Positions 14,416-27,300 of a stretch of DNA of 64,000 nucleotides are shown one piece after another; position 1 is the stretch's first letter, and every line of letters starts with the position of its first letter. Below the pieces are notes generated by a model, which was given only the letters and a program-made list of their open reading frames with translations, had not been told where the DNA came from and made no database searches. Both the position numbers and the translations under genes were made by a program. The stretch comes from Phyllosticta citribraziliensis (Eukaryota): the NCBI RefSeq assembly GCF_038025025.1, contig NW_027117340.1:806001-870000 (forward strand), read 5' to 3'.

Positions 14416-14802
14416 TAAGAAAAGTACTAGTAAGACTATAAAAAGTAGGACTTTAGATATATTATATTAATAAATAGTATTTAAATAGACCTAGATAAGG
14501 TAGAACCTATATAAAACTAGCTAGTACCTAAAGCTCTAAGGGCTCTTTAATCCTTCCTAGGTTTCTATAACTTCTACTAATAATTTCTTCCTAATTATAG
14601 ATAAATTAGCTAGCTATTAGAAAGGCTATACTCTAAGGTAAAATAGAGATAACTAGGACTACTAGAAGAAGAGGTAATTTAAGAACTTAAGAAGCTTATA
14701 TATAGTAATATACTCCTAGCTAACTATAATCCTATTCTTAATACTTATATAGAGATAGATATAAGTAATAGAGTAACTACTAGTATTCTAATATAGCTCT
14801 AA
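14416..14802 (+). pseudogene. Family A' host element, segment 2 (RT C-terminus and RNase H start; ~50-bp internal deletion near 14452)
   Basis: Colinear with family-A ~55285-55720 apart from the deletion. Confidence 0.88.
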
Positions 14803-14971
14803 TATAGTAGTAGATCCTATAGGGATCCGGTATAGCTATTAGATACTAAGGGTAAGCTTAGTAAGCTTAGTAGTTATAGGGAATAGGTACTTTAGCCATA
14901 TAGATAGCCTAAGTAATAGGATAACTCTTATACCTAAATTAATACTATAAATATCTAGTTAGATTATTATA
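14803..14971 (+). repeat. 5' LTR of element C (169 bp)
   Basis: Direct repeat of 23793-23961. RIPed TG...CA termini. Confidence 0.93.
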
Positions 14972-14988
14972 TTTAGTAGCTAAAAAGG
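14972..14988 (+). promoter_or_regulatory. Putative tRNA-type primer binding site of element C
   Basis: tttagtagc directly after the LTR is RIP-compatible with TTTGGTAGC, where TGG complements a tRNA CCA end. Confidence 0.5.
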
Positions 14989-14999
14989 ATTATTCTATA

Positions 15000-17900
15000 A
15001 GTTAAAACCCCTTTTTATACTACTTCTACTACTACTATACTAGCTACTTAGATCTAAATATATAATATATCTTCTACTATATTAATAGTATATTAAGATC
15101 CTCCTATACCTAGAATCTAACCTAGTCTATCTTAATAACTATAGAGTAATAAGAACTACCTATAAGACTTTAACTACTTACTTAGTAATTATAAAACCTC
15201 TTAGATACTAGCCTATAGTCCCTCTAAGATTTACTCCTTATCTTAACCTATTAGTTAATCTTTACCTTTATATAATAGTTTAATCCTCTTAAGATCTAGG
15301 CTAGTATAAGGAATCTAGCTAGTAGGGCTCTTCCTAGATACCCTATTATTTAGAATTCTATAGTTAAAGGCTAATAGGCTCTCTTATATACTATATAGGA
15401 GTTTATTAATAAGTATACTACTTAGGTTACTAGGATTAATATACTAGTATATATAGTATAAGCTATATAATAAGGTATATCTATAAGTAAGTAAGTAACC
15501 TTTTATATATAATACTAATTAGTAAGGATTCTTATAAAATCCCTATAATAATACTAATAACTCCTATTAAGGGGGCTAGGGTTATATAAGTAATACTATA
15601 ACTAAGAAATAGATTATATATCCTAAGAAAAAGGCCTTACCTACTCCTTTTAAGTATACTAGAAATACTACTAATTTAAAATCCTAATACTAGAACTAGA
15701 AGGATAAGGGCCTAGCTAAGGTATAGCCTAATTATTATACTAGTAGCCTAGATAGGAGTAATAATAAAGAAGAAGAAGGAGATATATTAGATAGTAGCCT
15801 AAATAAAGGTAATAAGGTATTAATAGATAAGGATACTATAGAGGAAGATATAGCCTATTACTATTATAAGGATTTTATACTTTTTATTAACCTTACCCTT
15901 TTAGGCCTATTAGCTAGTACTAGTAATAAGACCCTAAATAATACTTAACTAGTCTTACTATATAGATACTAGTTCTATCTAATATATTTTATATTATATA
16001 ATAAGCTATTTATATATTTAAAGGACTATCCTACTAGAGTATAGGATAGGTCTAAGAGTAATAAAACTAAGTAGTCTAATTATTAGCTTAATAAGATATC
16101 CTAAGTACTTAATACTATCTTTACTATAAGTATATAGGATCTATAGATAATTAGTTCTTTAGTAAATATAGTAGATATCTAGGTATCTTCCTATTTCTCT
16201 ATATATTAATTAGTAGAAATAAGTTTCTAGCTTACCCTTAAAGGATTCCTTAATATAGCTTATTTAGATATAGGAGTATCTTTATCCTTAGTAGTAAGAA
16301 GCTTCCTATATAATAAACTACCTAATATTAAGATCTAGACCTTACTAATAGTAGGTACTATCTATAGAGTAGTAGGTAAACCTATAGTATCTAATAAGTA
16401 TATCCTTCTACTACTCTACTTACTAGGGGTACTACCTAATAGATTATAAGCTATAGGGATAGTATAATACTATATAAGGGTAGTTAATAATATACTAATC
16501 CTACTACTTATTAGTATAAATATTATCTAACCTTAAGGGGTCCTAATTAATAGCTTATAAAGTATAGTAATATAGCCTTTCTACTATAACCTATAGACTA
16601 AGGTAGTCCTATAGAAGTATACTATACTAGTATATAGAGTTATTAAGGCTATATAGTAGGTAATTATTAAGCTATATTTATTAGTACTAATTAGTATAAT
16701 AGCTAGTAAGGATCTTTCTAACTAGCTATATAAATTTTAACCTAATTAGTAAACTAGCTAGATCCTATTCCTAGTTTAAGGTAGTATCCTATATTATATA
16801 GTATATAATTTAGATTTTAGTTAGCTCTTTATCTATAATAATATAGATAAGCTACTTATAATCCTATAATAAGTAAGGCTTAGATACTTAGTAGCTATAG
16901 AAATTAATAGCTACTACTAGGTATCTAATTACTCTATAGTAGGTATATTCTATAATAGGATCCTACTAGAGCTAGAAACTACTCTTAATAATAGTATTTA
17001 TATCTATAGTCTACTAGATTATATTAATACCTTTTAGAAGATCCTAAAGAAATATCTACTACTTTTTATAGATTAATATACTATAGTTAATATATCTAAA
17101 GAAGACTAGATACCTATTAACCTAGTAGATAACTAATAAGATAAGCTAGGATACCTTTTATTAACTTAAGTATATAATATATCCTATAAGGGTAAGTAGG
17201 TACTAAATAAGACCTTTAAAGACCTATATAACTAGATTACTATAGATAGAATACCTAAAATATTATAGATAGATAAGCTAATAGAATTTACTTAGCTAGC
17301 TTTTATTATCTAGAAGGATAAGTACTACTAGCTTCCCTAACTAAGAGATAGGCCCCTATAGGTCTAGTATAAGTATAAGGGTTATAGAGTTATAGATATC
17401 TAGGGTTTAAATATCCTAATATACTATAATAAGTATACCTTAAAAACTATCTAGGACTTAGTAAGTTATTTATAAGGATATCTATATACCTTACTTATTA
17501 ATAGGTAATCTTTCTTCTATTAATAGTTAGTTAAGTAAGCCTACTAGTACTATATAATAATCTAAAGTTACTATAGCTAGAAAACCCTAGTAGTAGCTCT
17601 TATAGGATTCTATAATAGTATACTATATATCTAATACTAATTTAATAATATCCTATACTATATAGGCTACTAGGACTTTACCTTTATATATATTAATAAT
17701 ATATTAATATACTCTAAAACTTTTAATAACTACCTTAAGTACCTAGACTCTATACTAAAGATACTAGATAATAAATAGATCTCCTTATTACCTAAGAAGA
17801 TACTACTTAGATACCCTTTAATTTTATACTTAGATTAATATATCTATAGCTATAGAGTAATTACCTATAAAGATAAGATCTATACTATTAAAGACCTTAC

Positions 17901-20600
17901 TTTCCTAAATACTCTCTAGAAGCTTAAGACCTTCTTAGGGCTTACTAAATAATTATAATAGTATATACTATACTATACCTACCTAATAGGGCTACTAGAG
18001 GTAACTAAAATAGTACTACTAGTAGAGGTACTTAAAGGTATCTCTAAGACTAAGAGTATATACTATTAAATAGTAGCTAAGAAGTAGAATAACCCTAACC
18101 TAGACTAGCTAGATATATTTAAAGTAATTAAGGAAACCTTATATAATATAGACTAGTTAGTATATTATAATCTAGAGAGGCCTTTATATATTAATATTAA
18201 TACTAGTAAGGAATATAGTATAGGAGCTATAGTATACTATATTATTAAGGATCCTAAACCTAAAATAGAACCTTAGGCCCTAGTAATATAAGAGGGGCTA
18301 GTACTATATATATAGGAGGTTAAATAGCCTAATAGTATCTAGATAGAACTAGGATCTATCTAGGATCCTTCTATTAAATAGCTTAAGTATACTAAATATT
18401 TTCCTAAGGTATTAGTATAGCTAATTATCTTCCTATCTAAATAAGTAAAGGGTATAAAGTCTAGGTATTAGCTAACTAAGCTTAAGATAGCTAGAGTTAT
18501 CTAGGCTATCTATAAGCTATACCTCTATATAGAATCTATAAAATATACTATTATCTTTATAGACTATTTAGCCTTAATAGCTATTATTACCTAGATATAT
18601 TTCCTAAGTATAGATTTAGTAGAGTACCTAAATATAAAGCTTATATAGGGATCCTAGTTTCTAAGTTAGTTCTACTTAGAGCTATACTACTAGGTAGGAT
18701 AAAACTATATTATCCCTAATATACTTAGCTATCTAGATACTAAGGAATAACTAGTATCTAATAATAACTATATAGTACTAGAGGATAACTAAACCTTTAT
18801 ATTTAGAGTAGTATTAGTAGAACTTTCTAATACTTTTAAGGCTAAGATCTAAGTAGGTTATACTAAAGACTAAAAGTAGTCCTAGATTATAGTAATAATC
18901 TAGTATAAATAGAATATTAACTAAGATAATATACTATCTAAGGGATAAATCTCTATAGAGGCCCCTTTAAGTAGCCTATAATTCTTTATCTAAGATAGGC
19001 TTATATACTTCTAGGACTAAGTAGATAAGTAGGAGTATCTATATATTCTACTAAGCTATAAAAAGGATATCTTTATAATAGCCTATAATAAATATAGCTA
19101 CTAAGGAATTAATAAAGTACTAAGCTATATCTAGCCTACTTACTTTATTTATAACCTAAATTTATAACTATCTAAATATATTTACCTATATCTAGATTAT
19201 AAGTAGAATAGGACCCCTAGGTATAAACCCTATAAATCCCTATACCCTATTATTAGCCTAAAGCTACTATTCTATATAATTATAGTAGACTTTATTACTA
19301 GGATACCTCCTACTATAGAGTTATTTAATATATTACTTATAGTTACCTATAAGTTTACTAAGTATATTATATTAGTACCTAGATAGGAGACCTAGATAGC
19401 TAGTAAATAGGGTAGTATTTTTATTAAAATTATTCTAGTACTTAGTTAGGGACTCCTATTAATTATAATCTTAGATATAGATAGTTACTAGCTCTCTAAC
19501 TTTATAGATAAAGTTTTTAAGTACCTTAGGATTAAGTTTATAGCTAGTATAGTATACTATCCCTAAATAGATAGCTAAAGTAAGTAGATAAATTAAATAG
19601 TTAAGATTACCCTATACTATTTTATTATAGTAAATACTAAACTATAATAGACTAATACCCTTCTTATAGTCTAGGCTATAATAAATTCCTCCTTAAATAT
19701 AGTAATAGGCTATACCCTAGATAAAATATACCTTAGTTTCTAGCTATAGGTTAATCCTATAATAATAATCTAGTAAGAACTACTAGATATAGACCTAGGG
19801 GTTATAAGGGCCTACTTCTAGAACTAAGCTTATAAAGGTATTATATTTACTAATATAAGTTATAAATATATATATAACTAGAGGTATAAGCTTATCTACC
19901 TACTAATTAAATCCTAGGTAAGGCTTTAACTATACTATAGATACTATATATATAGAAATATAAGTAAGAAATTTACCTACTAGTTTATTAGACCTTTTTA
20001 TATTAAGGCCTATACTAGATCTAAGCTAGTATATAAGCTTAAGCTCCCTAATAATATAAAAATCTATCTAGTAGTTAGTATTATATAGCTTAAGCCTTAT
20101 ACTATACTAGGAGTAGACCCTTATAGCTAGGATATTCTACCTTTAGGATCTTTAGAGGTTATAACTAAAGGTAAGATAGTACTAGAATATAAGATCTAAG
20201 TACTATTATTATAGTACTATAATCCCTACTTAAAGAAGATCTAATACTTAGTTAACTAGTAAGGATAGGGAGCTAAATACTATTAGTAGATAAACCTAGA
20301 GGACCTTTATAATACCTAAGACCTAGTTAAGAAGTATAATATAAGGATTAATATAGAAACCTATATAATTAAGTAATATACCTTTACTAGGTATCCTTAG
20401 GGTCTTACTAATACTACTATTAGTATCCTAGTATTAGAGGAGACTACTAGTATCTAGGAACCTATAGGAACTATAGTAAATAAGAACCCCTTATAAGCCT
20501 ATAATAATATTATTAATAAGGATAAAGTAGCCTACTAGTATAATAAGTATAGGGGCTACTATACTAGAAGTCCTTATATAGTAATTTTATACTATATCTA
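15000..20600 (+). pseudogene. RIP-inactivated gag-pol of element C (C2H2 finger, protease, RT, RNase H, integrase, chromodomain)
   Basis: De-RIP motifs: CLDTGASLSL (16261-16290), YIDDILIYS (17689-17715), integrase zinc finger (~19085-19210), EYEI...QYLVxWxGW chromodomain (~20185-20340). Boundaries approximate. Confidence 0.85.
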
Positions 20601-21059
20601 AATAGGTACTCTTCCTTTATTACTATCCTATATTATTTTCCTTATATATATATCTAGGGATATTTCTTTATACTAGTAGAGCTAGTAAGAGTAGATAAAG
20701 ATATAGATTCTAGTAAGGGTAATAAGAATATAATAAGGAGGTTATTCTAAGGAATTTTATTTATTAAGGTAAAGATATAATATAGAGAATATTATAGAGA
20801 GTTCTCTTTATCTTTCTTTATTTATTTTTTCTCTTTATTTTTAGGCTAGGATATTAGGATACTAGTAGGTATAATTATATTATCTAGGTACCTAAGGTCT
20901 AAACTATAATTATCTATTACTATACCCTTATCTTTTTAATATATATTACTATACTCTTACCTTTTTAATATCTATTACTTCTTAGCTTAATATACTTACT
21001 AACTATTATACCCTTAGGCTAGCTTATATTAAGGTAGTCTACTAGGATTATAGCTTAAG

Positions 21060-23650
21060 TAAAATATAAATTCTAGAGCTATAGTATTATTACTATTATA
21101 AAATATAAACCTAGTAAAGGTAAATATTCTATAACTAATATATATAACTAGGATCCTAACCTTAATATTAATATACTTCTAGGTAAAGAGATAATATCCT
21201 TCTTATCTAAGGATAAGGCTCTAATATCTATATTTATCTATCTACTAGTAAAGAGCTCCTATAGTAAAGGAGAGGATAGTAAATTAATAAGAACTACTAA
21301 TTTAGCTACTATAGATTCTATAGTACTCTTTAATAGTATTTAGACTATAATTATATATACCTATAGTCTTCTACCCTATAGATATAATTTATTATTATAT
21401 ATAGAGGAATAGCTCTACTTATTAATAGGATAATTAATAGCTAGTAACCTCTAGCTTATAAATATTAGTAAGTACTATATCTATACCTATATAGAGGGCT
21501 TACTAAATCCCTACTATAGGCTTTATAGTAGAGCTTTTATAGTAAAGATTAATAATACCTTCTACTATACTAGGATCTATAAGTATAAGATACTAGAAGG
21601 ATATAAGATATATACTACTATTATAGCTAAGGATCCTAATAAGGACCTAAATAAGGAATATACTTAGAGTTACTAAATTAATAAATAGAGGAATATATCT
21701 TCTAGTAATAGAGTAGTACCTATTATTATTTAGGATAAGAAGGTTCTAGACTACCTTATCCCTAATAAAGAGTACTTTACCCTAGTTAAGCTAGTCTAGG
21801 TCCTAGACCTCTATTTTAAAGTATATACCTACTTATAGTACTAGTACTATTTTAATATCCTATATTAGTATATAGCCCTACTTACCTTTAATAATAACTA
21901 TTAGATTATAAAGACTAATTAGGATACTATCTATATTCCCTAGTATAAAGTTAAAAATAATAATATAGTTAAACCCTATAAATCTAATATTATAGTACTA
22001 CTCTAGGGATTCTATACCTTTAATAATACTAATTTCTAGACTAATATATCTAATAAGGCTTTTTAAGCTATATATAAGACTATCTATAACTATAATATTA
22101 TAGGGCTACCTCTACCTTTTATTATTAAGAAGGGTTATAAGTAGAAGATTACTAGGATACTACCTATTATTACTAGCTATATTAATAGGGTTAAGCTAGT
22201 TACTACTTTACTATTTAAAGTAGAAGATAGATAATCTCTATAAGAAGGGTACTCTAAAGAAAATAATATTACTATACCTAGTAGTATATACTATAGATAG
22301 ATAAAGGAAGACCTATTTTAGTTTAGGGATCTAATAGTACTATATATAATAATATATTATAGAATCCTACCCTATAACTATCTCTAAGTAGAAGAGGTCT
22401 ATATAGTATTCTAGTATATAGATCTAAAGGATATCTATCCCTTTAATAAGTATTTCTATACTCTAGATAATATAGGTAACCTACTACTAAACCTAACTAA
22501 ATTATAGACTTACTAGATATTAGGCCTACTATCTTATATAATCCTAGTACTACTTAATAACTATACTCTTCTATATTATAGTTTTACTATCTAGTTATTA
22601 ACTAAGATTAGATTACTATAAAAGGTAGCTAGGTCTATATTACCTATTACCCTATCTAAGGACTTCTATACTAAGTAGAATATTATAGATATCTAGTATA
22701 ATCTAATACTCTATAACTATAACTATATATCTATAGGCCCCTAGTACTACCTAGTTAACCTATTTAGGGCCTAGATTAAAGCTTTATTAGCTAAAGAGTA
22801 GATAAGGAAGGATACTATAAAGAGAGAAAAACTAGATAATAGAGATATAGAACTAGCTAAATTACTAGTATTAGGGAACCCTACTTAGATTATAGAAGTA
22901 CTCTTCCTTATATCCTACTACTAACCCTAGTAATAATATCTTTAATATAGTTAACCCTAGTAAGATTATTAACCCTAAACTATAATTCTATCTTAGCTCC
23001 TTATTAGCCTTAATACCTAGTAAATCTAGTATTATAATACTAATACTATAGTACTAGGGTATATTTACTAGTATTTCTAGATATAAGATAACTAATTAAC
23101 CCTAGTATAGCTTAAAGACTATTAATAATAAGGATTCTAAGAATAAGGATCCTAAGACCCCTATAACTATAATTAAGTCTAAGAAGAAGTAGACTACTAA
23201 AACTAAGCTAGAACCTAATAAGCTAAGTTCTAAGTAACCTAGGATTAGTAGATCCCTACTAGCTATATCTATAACTAGATACCCTAGTATAATAGATAAT
23301 AAGGAGGTTATTAATCTTAAGGATAAGATATTAGCCTTAACTAATCTACTTAATAATAAAGATAAGTCTAATACTAATAGCACTACCTATAAAAAGGATA
23401 GTATAATATATAAGGCTATTTATAAGGTAGTATATAAGGTCTATAGATAAATTAAGAGTAATAGAGTAATTAATATTAATAACTAGTTAGAATCTAAGTA
23501 CTTAAGTAGTAAGTAATCCTAGGATAATAAGGCTATAGCTAAGATTAGGGTAAAGTAAGATACTAAGACTATAAGCTCCTACTATTTAGAGACTAGAGGT
23601 AAATAGAATAAGACTCTAGAGTAGATAGTAATAGATAATAATAATAAGTA
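21060..23650 (+). pseudogene. Additional ~860-codon ORF relic downstream of pol in element C, unknown product, Gln-rich C-terminus
   Basis: One consistent frame whose stops are TAA/TAG, i.e. RIP products of CAA/CAG/TGG/CGA. Dense TAA/TAG codon runs at 22920-23650. Confidence 0.55.
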
Positions 23651-23792
23651 AAGCCTTCCTCTATTTTTACCTTCCTTCCCTTAGCTATAGTTATAACTAC
23701 TATATAGATTAGGTCTATAGATTTAGGAGTATAGATTAGAACTAGATAGTAGATATAGGTAAGGGTACCTATAAACTACTTTAGCTACTACC

Positions 23793-23961
23793 TATAGTAG
23801 TAGATCCTATAGGGATCTAGTATAGCTATTAGATACTAAGAGTAAGCTTAGTAAGCTTAGTAGTTATAGGGGATAGGTACTTTAGCTATATAGATAGCCT
23901 AAGTAATAGGATAACTCTTATACCTAAATTAGTACTATAAATATCTAGTTAGATTATTATA
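23793..23961 (+). repeat. 3' LTR of element C (169 bp)
   Basis: Direct repeat of 14803-14971, followed by TSD TCTAA. Confidence 0.93.
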
Positions 23962-24041
23962 TCTAAAAACCTTTATATAAGTAGAAACTAGTAGCTTTCT
24001 ACTCTAAAGTAATAGCTAATATAGAACTCTACTATAGTATC
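23962..24041 (+). pseudogene. Family A' host element, segment 3 (80 bp of RNase H)
   Basis: Matches family-A RNase H (PVAFYSK motif). Bounded by the TSDs of C and D. Confidence 0.85.
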
Positions 24042-24247
24042 TATAAGGCTTAAAGAGGCAAGTACTATATTTAGCTAACTAAAAAGTCTAAGGTAAAGAG
24101 AAAAGGAGAAGTAGTACTAAGAAGAAGGTAGAAATATAGTTATAATAGGCTAATTACTTAGCCTACTAAGTAAGTATATAGTTATATACTTACTTATACT
24201 AGGTAGGGTTCTAGTAAACTAATCCTTATATAGATATAGGCCTAATA
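24042..24247 (-). repeat. 3' LTR of element D (206 bp)
   Basis: Direct repeat of 30369-30574. Confidence 0.94.
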
Positions 24248-24262
24248 CTACCCCCCCCCTCT
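24248..24262 (-). promoter_or_regulatory. Polypurine tract of element D
   Basis: ctaccccccccctct reads AGAGGGGGGGGGTAG on the minus strand, adjacent to the LTR. Confidence 0.88.
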
Positions 24263-24329
24263 ACTAGGTAAAGTCCCTTAAGCTAGAAAGATAGTAGTAC
24301 CTAGTAGGTCTCCTTCTAGATCTATCTAG

Positions 24330-27300
24330 TAAACTAAATTATCTAGAGGAGGTAGTTTACCTAGGTTAAGATAGTAGTATTCTAGAATAAGATTTTTTAA
24401 ATAGATAAAGTTAGTCTAAAAGAGCTACTAAGGGTTAGTATTCTAGTTATCCTAATTATTAATAAAGGTAGCCTTATATTAGATACTAAAGTATTTTATC
24501 TTATAGAAGTTAATAATTTTAGCTATTTCCTACTTACTATAAGGTTTATCCTTAGGGTTATTATAAGTAAGGATATTAGAGCTAGTAGGTTTAAGAATCT
24601 AACTAGGAAAAGGGGTAGAGATAAGGTAAAGTTTCTATAAATAGAAGATTAGTATAAGGCTATTAATAAGCTTATCCTCTAGAATAGTAAGCTTATAGGC
24701 CTTATAGTTAATAATATACTTAATTAACTAGGGGCTATACTATTTCTAGTCTAAACTCTTACTAGGCCTTATAGTAGAGAAGTCTTATATATTAATATAG
24801 ATAAGGTCTCTAACCTTATAGTTTAGGTATAGGGCCTAGTATTTATTAGTATAGTAGGTATAGTCCTCTTATATAGCTTAAATAAGTATACTAAGTTACT
24901 AGTTAATAGTATAAGTCTAGATAATAATATAGTTAGTATAGTTAATTTAAGGGTCTTAGTTAATATTTAGGAGTAGGGGCTTAATTCTAATATATAGGTT
25001 ATATTTATAGTTAGTAAAGAATAGGGATATACTAATAAAGGAGTTAATATAGTTATTAAGAGTAAACTTAATATAGAGAAGCTAGAATATCTAGTTATTT
25101 TAGTAGTAGTTAATAAAGGTATAGAGGATATTCTTAATAGATTTATTAGTTACTTTAGTCTAGCTATTAGTCTTAGGATACTAGGCTAAAGAGTACTTAA
25201 TTTTAATACTATAATAGTAATAGATATAGTACTATACTTAGATAAGTATAGTACTACTATAGTTATTAATAAATTCCTTATAGAAACCTTATATATAGAA
25301 GAGGTAATAGGTAATAGCCTTATATAGGGAGTTAACCCTATTATCTAGGAGTCCTTCTAAGATAATAGCCTTTATAAGGTAGTTAACTATAATAAGGATA
25401 TAGGAGTAGTCCTAATTATAGAAATAGAAGTTTAGAAGGTACTTAATAAAATTAAAGCTAATACTAGTCTAGTAGTAGGCTAGTAGTTCTAGTAGTTAAA
25501 GAAAACCTTACTTCTTTTAGTTATTAATAGAGGACTAGTAGTATTAGGTATAAGTATAGGTAAAGATTAAGTAGTTATTCTTTAAATTAGGCTAGTAGTA
25601 GGAGTAGCTAATAAGTTTACTTATTAACTTATAGCTAGGGTAGCTAAGGTATAATAGGAGGTAGTAAACCTATATAACCTTAAAATATAGTTTAGAGTTA
25701 TTAGGGATAAAGAGCTAGTTTTTTATAAAAAGGTAGCTATCCTTAACCTTTAGGTATTCTATATAGAGATAATAGCCCTTTTTAATAAGGAGTACTAGGA
25801 TCTTTAGATCCTAGTTCTATATAGCTATTATAAGGTATTATATATCCTTATTAGTCTTATAGGCTTTAGTAATAAGTTCCTATAGATAAGTAATACTAGG
25901 GGCTCTATAGCTTTCTTTTAATAGAATAGTTAGTAAGGATAGAGGGGATAGGTTAGAAATAGTAGAAATAGGCTAGTCTATAGTATAGGGTATAATAGAG
26001 AGGTAGAAGATAGCTAACTATAAGATAGGGTCTAGGTAGTATTATTTTAAAATAGTCTAGTATTAGTATAATTAGTAGATATTAGAGCTATTCTAGAGAA
26101 GGTCCTAGAAGTATCTAGTAAGAGAATTAGATTTCTTACCCTACTTACTAGGGTAATATATAATTTTAAAGTTAAACTTAGATAAGAACTTAGCCTAGTA
26201 GGCCTATTAGTAGTTAAGATTCTTAATAGTTATAAACTATTCTAGATTCTTATAATCTAAGAAGATCTTTACTAGGTTATCTAGTTCTATACTAATAGCT
26301 TTAAGATACTAGGACTCTAGTACCTTAATAATAGTAAATAACTCCTTATTATAGATTTTATAATTATACTCTACTAGGGATATCTTCTTAGAGAAGAAGG
26401 CTACTAGATAAAGTTATCTATTAATAACCTAGAAGAGGACTCTAGTAGTAATAAAATTAGAGATATCTATCTTAATCTATATTTCCTACTTAGAATTAAA
26501 GTAGATAAGTATTAAAGTAGAAGTAAATATAGCCTTAAGAGCTTAGAAGGTATATTTATATTTAAGGGTCTAATTTAAAGTAGTATAGATATAGTATTTC
26601 TTTTTTAAGGGGGTAGTCTTTAGTTCCCCTTTAATAAGTTCTATAAGTAGTTAAGTAAATAAGGAGAAATCCTTAATAAAATAGTAATAGAAGTTAGTAA
26701 AGCTAAGAAAGGCCTAGATATCTTTAATAGACTTTAAAATTTACTAGTCTAGTACTACTTCTACTTTTTTAGGATCTATATAAATACTATTAATACTAAT
26801 AAGAAGACTAAAGTATTTAACTTCTTCTATATAGAACTTATACTTATAGATATTAATAAAGAGCTTCTAGTTAAGTAAATAGGTAATAACCTTCTAGATA
26901 TATTCCTTATATTCCTCTAGTATCTTATTAAAGATAAGAATATTATTAAGGTAGGCTATAGCCTAAAGGTTAAAATAATCCTTAAAGGAGTTATTAATAT
27001 AGCTTTAAAAAGTTCTAAAAGTATTATAAAGTCTAAATAGTATTACTAGGTACTTAAACTAACTATAATAGATAATAAAGGCTATTTTCTATTTATCTCT
27101 TATAGTAATCTAAATTCTATTAAAGGTAGTAATAATATTAAGCTTTATAAAGTACTTATAGCCCTAGAGGTACTAGAGAATCTTAGCTATATTTAGAATT
27201 AGGTACTAATTTTTAATAGTAATCTTATTAAGGCCCTTATAATTAATATAGACCTAAAGGCCTCTACTAGGTTTTTAGATAATAAGTACTAGAGCTATAG

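Larger units (their letters stand above)
14803..23961 (+). mobile_element. Full-length Ty3/Gypsy element C, 9159 bp, TSD TCTAA
   Basis: 169-bp LTRs at 14803-14971 and 23793-23961. TCTAA at 14798-14802 and 23962-23966. pol motifs on the + strand. Confidence 0.93.

Noticed and set aside
15955..15985. Second DTG motif suggesting a tandem protease in element C
   Set aside because: It is out of frame with the CLDTG protease. The in-frame reading of the same bases gives the C2H2 finger.
21975..22500. Flavin monooxygenase-like motifs (DIVVL..GF) in the extra ORF of C
   Set aside because: The resemblance is too short, and no GxGxxG dinucleotide-binding motif was found. The ORF is left unassigned.
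23102..23383. Leu-rich 93-aa minus-strand ORF resembling a membrane protein
   Set aside because: It is in codon register with the + frame of the extra ORF in C. Its TTA/CTA Leu codons are the reverse complements of RIP-generated TAA/TAG (former Gln) codons.
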